Assembly: GCA_051294375.1 (NCBI GenBank)
Contig: CM119269.1
Location: 22,222,076 to 22,286,075 of the forward strand
Length of the DNA stretch: 64,000 nt
Source: Paraspadella gotoi
Lineage: Eukaryota > Animalia > Chaetognatha
Direction of reading: 5' to 3'
Part shown: positions 15,331 to 29,541 of the stretch, piece after piece
Layout of the letters: the number at the start of each line of letters is the position of its first letter
How positions within the stretch are numbered: position 1 is the first letter of the stretch
Notes under the pieces: generated by a model
The model's database searches: none
What the model was told of the DNA's origin: nothing
The model's input: the letters and a program-made list of their open reading frames with translations, nothing else
Position numbers and translations under genes: made by a program

Positions 15331-15811
15331 AGAGAGAGAGAGATATCGGTATTATCACTTAGTTGTCGTCGTTATTTTTCTAAGCTTCATGTAATAAAAT
15401 TATGGTTGTTTGTTTAATTATTATTCTTATTTTCTTCTCATCCTCCTCCTCCTCTTCTTCCTCCTCCTCCTCCTCCTCCTCCTCCTCCTCTAGGTTCAAC
15501 GTTCGCTATCAAAAGTGTAAAATATGTATTCAGTGTCAATATTGCATCCGTCGTGTGAAGTCAATGTTTATTCGCATCAAAAATGAGAGAGAAAAAATGG
15601 TCAAGTAAAACTGGAATTTATTTAGGATTTCTATCTAAATGTTAGCTTATTATTTAAAAAAGATTTTAAAATTTTTAAAAAGTTGAAATTATGAAATCTA
15701 GAACAACTTTAATTTATAAAAATTTTAAAAACTCAAAAGAGAATCTGAAAAATCGTAAATCATTTCTTTGATATAAAAAAATTAAATCGCAGAATTCATT
15801 TCAAACGACAA

Positions 15812-15852
<41 letters not shown>

Positions 15853-16705
15853 ATCTCCCGTTCGTCATTAATTCATGAATCGTCATTGATTCAGCGTATT
15901 CATTCTTAATTCAGGATTCCCTCTTAATTCCGAATTCATTATTCATTCAAGATTTTTTTTTTATCTCCGTGGCGTCAGATATTGTAAAAATAATTAATCG
16001 TAAATATAATTTTAAATACAAAAATTAACAAAACAACCGATCCACCTCTGATTTTGTAAACTGATTTCATTGAATATTAATGATATAAAAACGTAACTAA
16101 AGATGAATTCCATCTGCAACGATTCCATTGTAATTCCATTCTTGTTCCATCAAGAATCTTTGGTTTCTGTCCGCCATCCACGAATCAAACGCCAGACGTT
16201 ATACACGGTCATGTACCTCCTCCTCGCCTCTCTCTCTCTTCTTCTCCTCTTCTCTCTCTCTCTATCTCTCTCCTCTCTCTTTCTCCTTCTCCTCTCTTTC
16301 TGCTCTCTCTCTCTGTAAACCCTTTTTAAATTCCTTCATCGCTGCCTAGTAAACTCAATCATCTTCGCTCCTCAACTCATCGTTTATGTCGTCCTCCTGC
16401 GTTCATGCTTCCTTTCCCTATTTACAAAGCCGCACAGCCCCGCCGCCGCCGTGCCGCCGCCGCAGCCGCCGCCGCCGCCGCGCAGCTTCCGCCGCCGCCG
16501 CCGCCGCCGCTTCCATCGAACGGCCGAGTTTTGCATAAATATCCATCACCCTTGGTTCCCTTTTATGCGCAGCAGTTGAAGTGTCATCTTCATCGTTGTC
16601 GGTATTTTCCTGGTCGTCGTCTCTTTATCGTCGTTATCGTCATCTTCATCGTCGTCGTTATCGTCGTCTTTATCGTCGTCATTTTCTGATTCGCCCAGAA
16701 CCAAA

Positions 16706-16911
16706 TTCACACTTCACAGTCTATCTAGGTTCACACTTCACAGTCTATCCAGGTTCACACTTCACAGTCTATCCAGGTTCACACTTCACAGTCTATCCAG
16801 GTTCACACTTCACAGTCTATCCAGGTTCACACTTCACAGTCTATCCAGGTTCACACTTCACAGTCTATCCAGGTTCACACTTCACAGTCTATCCAAGTTC
16901 ACACTTCAGTC
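16706..16911. repeat. 24-bp tandem repeat, about 8.5 copies
   Basis: TTCACACTTCACAGTCTATCCAGG, near-perfect. Confidence 0.95.
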
Positions 16912-17671
16912 TCCAAATCAAAGTTCTTTGTTCTCATTGCAAGGCTGCCATCAGTGCCATCATACAGCCACCAATCGCCATCGACAATGCAGCCATCAAC
17001 CACAATCCACATGGAGCCACCAATCGCAATCACCAGATTCGCCTTCATCTTGAAACACCATCGTCTCTTGGCATCATCAACAATGAGGTTACGCCCAACG
17101 CCTCCCCTTCCCCTTTCGCTCCAAAGTGGATCAATGATAAAAGGGAAGTCGATGGTGGTTGGGATTCTGCCATCGGCCGAGGCTTTGATGCCAAAATGCA
17201 TCGATGTTGCGTCGAAGGCGTTTCTGGAACGTTATACTGAAGGTATGCATTGGAGTTTAAACCGTCGTTCTATGGTAATTTAGTCACAAAACGAAAAAAA
17301 GTAATCAAAACTTGATTGTGGACCTTAAAGTGACGTGATGTGCCTCTTGAAATATTAAGCAACTTTATTCAGTCGTTAATCTGTCTACCAGAAGTCGATT
17401 TACCGGATGCCGCGATGCCGTCCTCCGATGCCGCAAAACGACATCCGATGCCTTACTTTCCTCTCATCTCCGATTTTCGCCGTGGTCGTCGTCGTCGTCG
17501 TCATCGTCGTCGTCTTCATCGTCGTCGTCGTCATCGTCGTTGATCATTTTTCCAATAAAACCTCAAATTTAACGGAGTCAAGTGGAAACCTAATTCAACG
17601 AACAAATATGTTAAGACTTGACATTTTACAAGTGTGATGCTATTTACCAGGGTTTAAGTGACAAACAAATT

Positions 17672-18015
17672 AACAAGAACGGTTATTCCAATGTGTTGCG
17701 CCCTTTGATCACATGAAATGAAATGACTACAAAACTTTCTTAGCCCGTGTATTTATGACATGTACCCCATCAAAATTCCGTCTTTCATTCCTTATAGTTT
17801 TAGGATTTCCTGAAGACGGCGCTAGCAGTCAGTTAGATTTGAGTTTTTTTAGTTTTAACAAATGAGCAACCAACAATAGGCAAATGATAAATTTATATGC
17901 ATTTTTAACGTACGATAGTATAGTATAATATACTATAGTATAAGTAGGACAGACCAACGCAAAGACATACCGACCGACCGCCCGACTGACAGACCGACCG
18001 AAAAGTGTCTTATAT
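17672..18015. mobile_element. Possible further HINE-like fragment
   Basis: Starts AACAAG; (GACC)n followed by AAAGTG..TTATA as at 49870-49900. Confidence 0.35.
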
Positions 18016-18721
18016 TAACTTTAAAAAAATACCAAGCAATAAAATATTTCCAAATAAAGTATTACAAGCCTAAAAGTTAAGATATTTTAAATTCATTCAG
18101 ATGCTCCGAAGGGTTTATGATTTTTAACCTTTAGATTCAAATTCCAATTCCTTTCAGGCCACGCGTCTCAATCCAACTCGGCGGACGCTTCCCATCCCAT
18201 CCCATAGTCTATTTTTCCCCCACTTCCTTAAATTCATAAATTTTAACTTGAACTTCAATTTAACTTTAACGTGACTTTTAATCCTTATTTTAACCCTAAG
18301 CTTTTTGGGAAATACATTGTCAAAAATATATAGCCTAAATTTTAACTCAACGTTTGACAAGAGAGATTTTTAAGTTTGTCGAAATGAATTTTAGCTAGTT
18401 TAAAATTTGAAAATAGCCAATAATTAGATAAATACAACATTAATTTTTGTACGTTTAAACTTTGAGAACAGAGCGTCATTCTGAACCTTTTTCGAGTAGG
18501 TTCACGAATGGATCAGTTTTCGTTTTTAATATAAAATATTTAACATTGAATTCGGGTAATTTCGCTTTCAACTCGCGAAATTCGTTAAGATTTGTTATTT
18601 CGAACAAAGATTCTCAAATCTTTTTCTTTTTTCATTTTTCTTTTTTCTCTTTTTCTCTTCGTTTTTTTCTCCTCTTATCTTTTCTATGTTTACCTTTCTC
18701 CCAGGCGTAAAAATCAACCAT

Positions 18722-18853
<132 letters not shown>

Positions 18854-19179
18854 CGTTAATGGCCACATAAGCGGTCAAACATTTTCTCCCTCGGCGCTCT
18901 CGCCACACAGCTCACACCAGTGACCTCTTTTTCGTCCTCAAACCGACCACAGTTTGACCACTTCGTGACCACTAAACTAAAAGAAAAGTTATTTAAAGCG
19001 TTTTTAGGGAAGATTTTTTCCTTTTGAGGTAGATAAAGTATTTTCCCTCGGCCAAGCGCCGGTATTTTGATTTAAAAATAGGAGCTTTTTAGATAAGCGC
19101 TTTATAATAATAATTTTATATTTTTTTCATAACCACTTAATATTTATTAAATTATGATAATTTTTCCCAAGTGTTTAAT

Positions 19180-19502
19180 AAAATTCTACCTTCCCCTTAA
19201 ACGCTCAATATAATTCAACCTTCCCCAAGATCATTTAATTAAATTCTACCTTCCCCCTGAGCGCTTAATAGAATTCTACCTTTCCCCTGAGCGCTTAATA
19301 AAATTCTACCTTCCCCCTAAGCGCTTAATAGAATTCTACCTTCCCCCTGAGCGCTTAATAAAATTCTACCTTCCCCCTAAGCGCTTAATAGAATTCTACC
19401 TTCCCCCTGAGCGCTTAATAAAATTCTACCTTCCCCCTAAGCGCTTAATAGAATTCTACCTTCCCCCTGAGCGCTTAATAGAATTCTACCCTCCCCCTGA
19501 GC
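19180..19502. repeat. 30-bp minisatellite (noisy copy at 23735-24190)
   Basis: AATTCTACCTTCCCCCTRAGCGCTTAATAR. Confidence 0.95.
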
Positions 19503-19579
19503 CCTGAAATGGATTCTCTTCATCTTATCCTTTCTTCGTTTCGATAAAATATCGTCATCGCTTTCCCATTAACGCTCAA

Positions 19580-19631
<52 letters not shown>

Positions 19632-19908
19632 GGAGAAAAGGTGATGATAGACCGACGCCTCTATTCCCAGGCTTTCCCCTTTTTTCTCTTCCTTTTTCTT
19701 TCCTTTTTTTCTTTTCTCTTCTTATCTTTCCTGCTTCCTTTTTTTTTCTTTGATGGAAGCGATTATTTGCTGGTTCATTATTTTATTCATTATTCTACTA
19801 TAATTAATAATACATTCCTTAACTTTTAATCATACTCATTGGTCCATTTGTTAGCAAAATAATTTATAGTAAATTTTTATGGAAGATATTATTTTATACT
19901 GCACGGGG

Positions 19909-19979
<71 letters not shown>

Positions 19980-20080
19980 GTCTGTCTTTCTCACTCTCTC
20001 TTGTCCCAATTATTCCGCCGAACGGAGAACTTTAATAACTATGGGCTTAATGGCCTCTGAAGTTGCGGAGGGAGGGAGGG

Positions 20081-20193
<113 letters not shown>

Positions 20194-20609
20194 GGAGAGA
20201 GAGAAAGAGAGAGAGAGAAAAATAAGATGAGTCAGGAAAGAAAAGATTTAGGAAGGAGAAAAGAAAAGATGAATGAATGAATGAACGAACCTATGGCTAT
20301 GAATGATTGTATGATGATATGATGCTCATATTAAAATGAAATAAATGTGGTTCATCGAATAATGAGTTTGAACTGATATTTATTTTCAACAAAAGATGAA
20401 AATGATTGATTGAAATTTTATTGCTTTGGAGAAAAGAGAGAGAAAGAGAGAGAGAGTGAGAGAAAGCACAAAAAAAGAGAAAGAAAGATTCTGATTGGCT
20501 GCAACGTGTGACCATTTGTGACATGTCGCACAAATTCTTCCTTTTCATAAAAGGGAGGTCAAGAAAGAGAGAAAGAAAGAAATAAAGAAAGAAAAAAAAA
20601 GAGAAAGGA

Positions 20610-20665
<56 letters not shown>

Positions 20666-20714
20666 AATGGAGAGTAAGAAAAGAAAAAAAGAAAGAAATG
20701 GAGAGTAAGAAATA

Positions 20715-20746
<32 letters not shown>

Positions 20747-21877
20747 AACGGATAGAAGGAGCCAACCAAAAAATAGAAAATCCTCACTGGATCGATATTC
20801 GAATATCCATTCATTCCAGTTCGCGGGACTTTAATGTTGCTCTAACATTAAAACTCTTTTTACTTTTTTAAGAGTCAAAGGGAGAGAGAGAGGCTGAGAC
20901 AGAGAGAGAGAGAGAGCGAGAGAGAGAGAGAGCTCGAGAAAGAATCGGATACTCATTTCCTTAAGGGAATTTGGAAGTCGATATTTCACCAAAAATTGTT
21001 TTCCTTATCTTCCCAATTTTTGTTGCTCGTCCCCTTAAAAAGTTTTTTTCATTTTTTCCCGATAGTTCCGTAGCAGCTTTAACGACTTATTTAATTGAAT
21101 GCAGTCGTAAAAGCCTTTTTAACAAAATCCCAAAACAAATTACTCAACTGGTAATTTTAATTCTTCCAAAAATTTCGTTTATGAGCGAAATATTAAATTT
21201 GATTGTGAGAAACAATTAAAGGATGAGGAGAAGTGATATATCACCTTTTTACCCTCTCTCAATCGTCTTTCTGTCTTTCTGTCTTTCTTTCTTTCTTTTT
21301 TTCTTTCTTTCTTTCTTTCTAACTCCATTTTTTTCTTTCTTTCTTTCTTTATTTTTTTCGTTCTTTCTGTCAATATGCAATTGAGCAATTTTCTCGATCG
21401 AGAGTGTGGATTCTGCAAACTCGAGTCCAAGAATCATATTCATCTTCCATAATAATTATTCAAAGACAAATGTCTCGAGTCTTTTCCTCAGTCTTTACTA
21501 AATTCCCAAATCCCGTTTGTGTTCTAAATGTAATTAATAATCGCTGAATAATCAATAAAAAATGCATTAAAAGAATTAACCGAATAATAAAAGAAAAAAC
21601 TCATCCGTTTTGATGACAACAAAAAAATTGTGTCATCGATGAAGTGAAAAAAAAATTCAACGTTTCACAATCCAAGCCTCTTCCTTTCTCTCTCCCCCCC
21701 CCGACGAAAAATATAAGTGAGACCATCCCTCACTGTGAGACCATTCCTCACTGTGAGGCCTCATCCCTCACCATAAACGGAATTTCCACCACAATGCAAT
21801 TTCCCTTTCGTTCGTATCGGGGACCAAGGCTCCACCATGAGGCGATTTTTCTCTGTCATTTGCGCGTAGCAACCTCC

Positions 21878-22122
21878 TTCCTTTGATGGCGCTGCAATGG
21901 CATTGAACTGTGTCCTTATTCCTTTGATGGCGCTGCAATGGCATCGAACGGTGTCCTTATTCCTTTGATGGCGCTGCAATGGCATCGAACGGTGTCCTTA
22001 TTCCTTTGATGGCGCTGCAATGGCATCGAACGGTGTCCTTATTCCTTTGATGGCGCTGCAATGGCATCGAACTGTGTCTTTATTTCTTTGATAGCGCTGC
22101 AATGGCATCGAACGGTGTCCTT
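21878..22122. repeat. 41-bp minisatellite, 6 copies (copy at 26610-26856)
   Basis: TCCTTTGATGGCGCTGCAATGGCATCGAACGGTGTCCTTAT. Confidence 0.95.
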
Positions 22123-22902
22123 CATTTTCAATGCCATCGCAAACTTAGCTTAGTCGGAAAAATGTTCCATTCTCTTGCGACATTGATCCCGTGCAAATCG
22201 TTCCATTGCACGCAAGGGCTCTTTGCACGCAAGGTCTCTTTGCACCCAAGGTATCTCTGCTCTTAACTGCGATCGTTTCTAACCTTTTGTGAAAAAGATT
22301 CGACTCCCACGATGGGACAGTCGACGCTAATGACACACCATGTCTTCATAGCCTATTTTTCGTAGCACACCATGTCTTCATAGCCAATTTTTTGTAGCAC
22401 ACCATGTCTTCATTGCCTATTTTTCGTAGCACACCATTGTCTTTCATTGCCTATTTTTTCGTAGCACACCATGTCTTCATTGCCTATTTTTCGTAGCACA
22501 CCATCTCTTCATTGTCTTCATTGTCTTCATTTCATTTCATTGCAAACCATGTCATGGTTGCACACCATTTCAACATTGCACACAAGTCTTAATTGCACAT
22601 CATGTCAGTATTGCACACCATGTATCCATTGCCTTCAACAATTTTATTGCCTTAATTTCTTTGCACACCATGTCTTCATTCCACACCTTGTCTTCAATGC
22701 ACACCATGTCGTTCTTGCCTCCTCCCAATTCCGCATATATTTGTTTTCCTCTTATTTGTTTTTTTTTCTTCCGCAAAAAAAATCGATGTTTTGCTCATTT
22801 TCTTTTTATTCTTTTCTTTTTTTTTCTTTTCTTTTCTTTCTTTTTCTTTTTTTCCCTTTTTTTTCTCAGTTTCGAATCGCGCCGTTTCAGCATATTTTGC
22901 TT

Positions 22903-22955
<53 letters not shown>

Positions 22956-22979
22956 CTCTCAGCACCATGGATTAAGTCA

Positions 22980-23240
22980 GTCCCGTCCGTCCGTTCCGTC
23001 CGTCCGTCCGTCCTCCGTCCGTCCGTCCGTCCGTCCGTCGTCCGTCCGTCCCGTCCGTCCGTCGTCCGTCGTCCGTCCGTCCGTCCGTCCGTTCCGTCCG
23101 TCCGTCCGTCCGTCCGTCCGTCCGTCCGTCCGTCCGTCCGTCCGTCCGTCCGTCCGTCCGTCCGTCCGTCCGATCCGTCCGTCCGTCCGTCTGCCGTCCG
23201 TCCATCCCGTCCGTCGTCCGTTCCGGTCTCCGTCCGTCCC
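22980..23240. repeat. (CCGT)n microsatellite (copy at 27920-28075)
   Basis: Direct observation. Confidence 0.95.
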
Positions 23241-24312
23241 ATTACTTCGCCGTGAAAGCGTTACTCTTTTCACCGTCGGACGAAAGACGAATTCCATTGA
23301 CTGGCATCTGGTTGTTGTTATTGTTGTTGTTGTTGTTGTTATTCTTGTTGTGGTTCATGTTCTCGTTCTCGTTGATTGTCTGATTTTGTTGATGTTTTTT
23401 TTTATAGTTTGTAGGTTAGTATATTTTGTCTATATTCTACATTTTTGTCATTCTTTCATTCTTCTATTATTTTTCTTTCTTTCATTCTTCATTCACTCTT
23501 TCATTCTTTTATTCTACTTCATTCACTAGTGACGTTTTCTCTCTTTTTATTTTTTTTTCTCAAATTAAAATTCCGGTTTTGTTTACTTTTCGTTCGTCAT
23601 CCTCTTTTTTCAAAACTATCTTCGGCACGGTTTTCTGTCTTAAAATTGTTGAATTTTTTTTATACATTGATAAAGATAAACTAATAGTAATAATAATAAT
23701 AAAAATAATAATAATAATAATAAAGTAGGAGATCCTTCCCCTTAACGCGTCAATATAATTCAACCTTCCCCAAGATCATTTAAATTAAATTCTAACTTTT
23801 CCCCTGAGGCGCTGTAAAATAGGAATTCTACACTCTTCCCTGAAGCGCTTTAATAAAATTCTACCTTCCCCCTAAGCGCTTAATGAGAATTCTACTTCCC
23901 CCTGAGCGCTTAATAAAATGTCTACACTTCCCCCTAAGCGCTTAATAGAATTCTACCTTTACCCCCTGAGCGTGCTTAATAAATTCTACAATTCCCCCTA
24001 AGCGCTTATTAAGAATTCTAACCTTCCCCCTGAGCGCGTTAAGTAAAATTCATACTTCCCCTGAACGCTTAATAGGAATCTTACCTTCCCCTGAGCGTCT
24101 TAATAAAATTCTACCCTCTCGCCCTGAGCGCTTAATCAGATCTACCTTCTCCCCAGAGCGCTTAATAGATTTCTGAGACCGTCCCCTGAGCCACCTAGAA
24201 ATGGATTACTTCTATTCATCTTATCTCTTTCTTCGTTTCGATAAAAATATCGTCATCCGCTTTCCTCATTAACGCTCGAATCCCTCTCTCTCTCTCTCTC
24301 TCTCTCTCTATC

Positions 24313-24355
<43 letters not shown>

Positions 24356-24826
24356 GGAGAAAAGGTGAGATAGACCCGACGCCTCTAATTCCCAGGCTTT
24401 CCCCTTTTTTTCTCTTCCTTTTTCTTCCCTTTTCCTTTTTCTTTTCTCTTCTTATCTTTCCTGCTTCCTTTTTTTTCTTTTGATGGAAGCGATTATTTGC
24501 TGGTTCATTATTTTATTCATTATTTCTACTATAATTAATAATACATTCCTTAACTTTTAATCATACTCATTGGTCCATTTGTTAGCAAAATAATTTATAG
24601 TAAATTTTTATGGAAGATATTATTTTATAAACTGCAGCGGGGGAATTCTCTCTCTCCTCACTCTTCTCTCTCATCTCTCTCTCCTTCTCTCTCTCTCTCT
24701 CCTGTCTTTCTCTTCTCTCTGTCTGTCTTCTATCTCACTCTCTCTTGTCCCAATTATTCCGCCGAACGGAGAACTTTTAATAACTATGGGCTTAATGGCC
24801 TCTCAAGTTGCGGAAGGGAGGGAGGG

Positions 24827-24897
<71 letters not shown>

Positions 24898-25335
24898 AAG
24901 AGAGAGAGAGGAGAAGGGAGAGAGAGAAAGAGAGAGAGAGAAAAATAAGATGAGTCAGGAAAGAAAAGATTTAGGAAGGAGAAAGAAAAGAATGAATGAA
25001 TGAATGAACGAACCTATGGCTATGAAATGATTGTATGATGGATATGATGCTCATATTAAAATGAAATAAATGTGGTTCATCGAATAATGAGTTTGAACTG
25101 AATATTTATTTTCAACAAAAGATGAAAATGATTGATTGAATTTATTTTTTGCTTGGAGAAAAGAAGAGAGAAGAGAGAGAGAGTGAGAGAAAGCACAAAA
25201 AAAGAGAAAGAAAGATTCTGATTGGCTGCAACGTGTGACCATTTGTGACATGTCGCACAAATTCTTCCTTTTCATAAAGGGAGGTCAAGAAAGAGAGAAA
25301 GAAAGAAAAAAGAAAGAAAAAAAAAAGAGAAGGAA

Positions 25336-25383
<48 letters not shown>

Positions 25384-27066
25384 AAAGAAAGAAAGAAAGA
25401 ATGGAGAGTAAGAAAGAAAAAAAGAAAGAAATGGAGAGTAAGAAATAAAGAAAGAAAGAAAGAAAGAGAAGAAAAGAAAGAAACGGATAGAAGGAGCCAA
25501 CCAAAAAATGAAAATCCTCACTGGATCGATATTCGAATATCCATTCATTCAGTTCGCGGGACTTTAATGTTGCCTCTAACATTAAAACTCTTTTTACTTT
25601 TTTAAGAGTCAAAGGGAGAGGAGAGAGGCTGAGACAGAGAGAGAGAGAGAGGCGAGAGAGAGAGAGAGCTCGAGAAAGAATCGGATACTCATTTCCTTAA
25701 GGGAATTTGGAAGTCGATATTTCACCAAAAATGTTTTCCTTATCTTCCCAATTTTTGTTGCTCGTCCCCTTAAAAAGTTTTTTTCATTTTTCCCGATAGT
25801 TCCGTAGCAGCTTTAACGACTTATTTAATTGAATGCAGTCGTAAAAGCCTTTTTTAACAAAATCCCAAAACAAATTACTCAACTGGTAATTTTAATTCTT
25901 CCAAAAATTTCGTTTATGAGCGAAATATTAAATTTGATTGTGAGAAACAATTAAAGGAGAGGAGAAGTGATATATCACCTTTTTACCCTCTCTCAATCGT
26001 CTTCTGTCTTTCTGTCTTTCTTTCTTCTTTTTTTTTTCTTTCTTTCTTTCTTTCTAACTCCATTTTTTTCTTTCTTTCTTTCTTTATTTTTTTCGTTCTT
26101 TCTGTCAATATGCAATTGAGCAATTTTCTCGATCGAGAGTGTGATTCTGCAAACTCGAGTCCAAGAATCATATTCATCTTCCATAATAATTATTCAAAGA
26201 CAAATGTCTCGAGTCTTTTCCTCAGTCTTTACTAAATTCCCAAATCCCGTTTGTGTTCTAAATGTATTAATAATCGCTGAATAATCAATAAAAAATGCAT
26301 TAAAAGAATTAACCGAATAATAAAAGAAAAAACTCATCCGTTTTGATGACAACAAAAAAATTGGTGTCATCGATGAAGTGAAAAAAAAATTCACGTTTCA
26401 CAATCCAAGCCTCTTCCTTTCTCTCTCCCCCCCGACGAAAAATATAAGTGAGACCATCCCTCACTGTGAGACCATTCCTCACTGTGAGGCCTCATCCCTC
26501 ACCATAAACGGAATTTCCACCACAATGCAATTTCCCTTTTCGTTCGTATCGGGAGCCAAGGCTCCACCATGAGGCGATTTTTCTCTGTCATTTGCCGCGT
26601 AGCAACGTCCTTCCTTTTGATGGCGCTGCAATGGCATTGAACTGTGTCCTTATTCCTTTGATGGCGCTGCAATGGCATCGAACGTGTCTCTTATTCCTTT
26701 GATGGCGCTGCAATGGCATCGAACGGTGTCCTTATTCCTTTGATGGCGCTGCAATGGCATCGAACGGTGTCCTTATTCCTTTGATGGCGCTGCAATGGCA
26801 TCGAACTGTGTCTTTATTTCTTTGATAGCGCTGCAATGGCATCGAACGGTGTCCTTCATTTTCAATGCCATCGCAAACTTAGCTTAGTCGGAAAAATGTT
26901 CCATTCTCTGGCGACATTGATCCCGTGCAAATCGTTCCATTGCACGCAAGGGCTCTTTGCACGCAAGGTCTCTTTGCACCAAGGTATCTCTGCTCTTAAC
27001 TGCGATCGTTTCTAACCTTTTGTGAAAAAGATTCGACTCCCACGATGGGACAGTCGACGCTAATGA

Positions 27067-27430
27067 CACACCATGTCTTCATAGCCTATTTTTCGTAGCA
27101 CACCATGTCTTCATAGCCAATTTTTGTAGCACACCATGTCTTCATTGCCTATTTTTCGTAGCACACCATGTCTTCATAGCCTTTTTTCGTAGCACACCAT
27201 GTCTTCATTGCTATTTTTCGTAGCACACCAGTCTTCATAGCCTATTTTTTGTAGCAAACCATGTCTTCATTGCCTATTTTTCGTAGCATACCATGTCTTC
27301 ATAGCCTATTTTTCGTAGCACACAATGTCTTCATTGCCTATTTTTGTAGCACACATTGTCTTCATTGCCTATTTTTCGTAGCACACCATGTCTTCATTGC
27401 CTATTTTTCGTAGCACACCATCTCTTCATT
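27067..27430. repeat. 31-32-bp minisatellite (shorter copy at 22335-22510)
   Basis: CACACCATGTCTTCATWGCCTATTTTTCGTAG. Confidence 0.95.
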
Positions 27431-27820
27431 GTCTTCATTGTCTTCATTTCATTTCATTGCAAACCATGTCATGGTTGCACACCATTTCAACATTGCACAC
27501 AAGTCTTAATTGCACATCATGTCAGTATTGCACACCATGTATCCATTGCCTTCAACAATTTTATTGCCTTAATTTCTTTGCACACCATGTCTTCATTCCA
27601 CACCTTGTCTTCAATGCACACCATGTCGTTCTTGCCTCCTCCAATTCCGCATATATTTGTTTTCCTCTTATTTGTTTTTTTTTTTTCCGCAAAAAAAATC
27701 GATGTTTTGCTCATTTTCTTTTTATTTCTTTTCTTTTTTTTTTTCTTTTCTTTTCTTTCTTTTCTTTTTTTCCTTTTTTTTTCTCAGTTTCGAATCGCGC
27801 CGTTTCAGCATATTTTGCTT

Positions 27821-27901
<81 letters not shown>

Positions 27902-28546
27902 AGCACATGGATTAAGTCAGTCCGTCCGTCCGTCCGTCCGTCCTTCGTCCGTCCGTCCCGTCCGTCCGTCCGTCCGTCCGTCCGTCCGTCCGTCCGTCCC
28001 GTCCGTCCGTCCGTCCGTCCGTCCGTCCGTCCGTCCGTCCGTCGTTCCGTCCGTCCGTCCGTCCGTCGTCCAGTCCGCCTTTACTTCGCCGTGAAAGCGT
28101 TACTCTTTTCACCGTCGGACGAAAGACGATTCCATTGACTGGCATCTGGTTGTTGTTATTGTTGTTGTTGTTGTTGTTATCTTGTTGTGGTTCATGTTCT
28201 CGTTCTCGTTGATTGTCTGATTTTGTTGATGTTTTTTTTTATATTTGTAGGTTAGTATATTTTGTCTATATTCTACATTTTTGTCATTCTTTCTTCTTCT
28301 TTTCATATTATTTTCTTTCTTTCTTTCATTCTTCATTCACTCTTTCATTCTTTTATTCTACTTCATTCACTAGTGACGTTTTCTCTCTTTATTTTTTTTT
28401 CTCAAATTAAAATTCCGGTTTTGTTTACTTTTCGTTCGTCATCCTCTTTTTTCAAAACTATCTTCGGCACGGTTTTCTGTCTTAAAATTGTTGAATTTTT
28501 TTTATACATTGATAAAGATAAACTAATAGTAATAATAATATAATAA

Positions 28547-28582
<36 letters not shown>

Positions 28583-28839
28583 TAATATAATATAATAATA
28601 ATAATATATAAATAATAATATTANNNNNNNNNNNNNNNNNNNNNNNNNTAATAATAATAATAATCACTTTCTCATACTATAAAGCAAATACAATGACATT
28701 TTGCCAAACTTTTCTTTTGTGCATTCAAATAAAAAAGAGAGAAAAAGTTTGAATTTTTTCAATGGTCACGTGACATTGAAGGACGCTATTTTGTCAGACG
28801 CCATTTTGTTTTTTGTCATTGACTTTTTTTTTCAATCCA

Positions 28840-28884
<45 letters not shown>

Positions 28885-29099
28885 CTTTGCCAACGTCAAT
28901 CATAGCTTGACACAAATAGAAACGATTTCTCAACGACGAAAATTTTTTTCCCCTTTTTTCATTTTCATTAGTTAAATTGATTTAATTAAGTTGCTTTTCT
29001 CGCTATACATTTTCTATACTACCAGCGCAAAGTACATTGAGAACTATTAATAAAAAACCGTAAAAACCTATCAAAATTAGTAAAAAATGTCAAAAAGTA

Positions 29100-29397
29100 G
29101 AAAGTGTGAAAACTGTTAACAAAGTGGAAAGAGTCAAAGAGTTGAAAGTGTGGAAACTGTCAACAAAGTGGAAAGAGTCAAAGAGTATAAAATGTGGAAA
29201 CTGTCAATAAAGTGGAAAGAGTCAAAGAGTTTAAAGTGTGGAAACTGTCAATAAAGTGGAAAGAGTCAAAGAGTTGAAAGCGTGGAAACAGTCAATAAAG
29301 TGGAAAGAGTCAAAGAGTTGAAAGTATGGAAACAGTCAATAAAGTGGAAAGAGTCAAAGAGTTGAAAGTGTGGAAACTGTCAATAAAATGGAAAGTG
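29100..29397. repeat. 44-bp minisatellite, about 6.5 copies
   Basis: GTGGAAAGAGTCAAAGAGTTGAAAGTGTGGAAACTGTCAATAAA. Confidence 0.92.
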
Positions 29398-29472
29398 GGG
29401 AAAAAAAATCAAAGATGCCATTCTCATCTTTTTGATGGTTTTGAGTTTTAGAATTTAGATTTTTGAATATTT

Positions 29473-29541
<69 letters not shown>

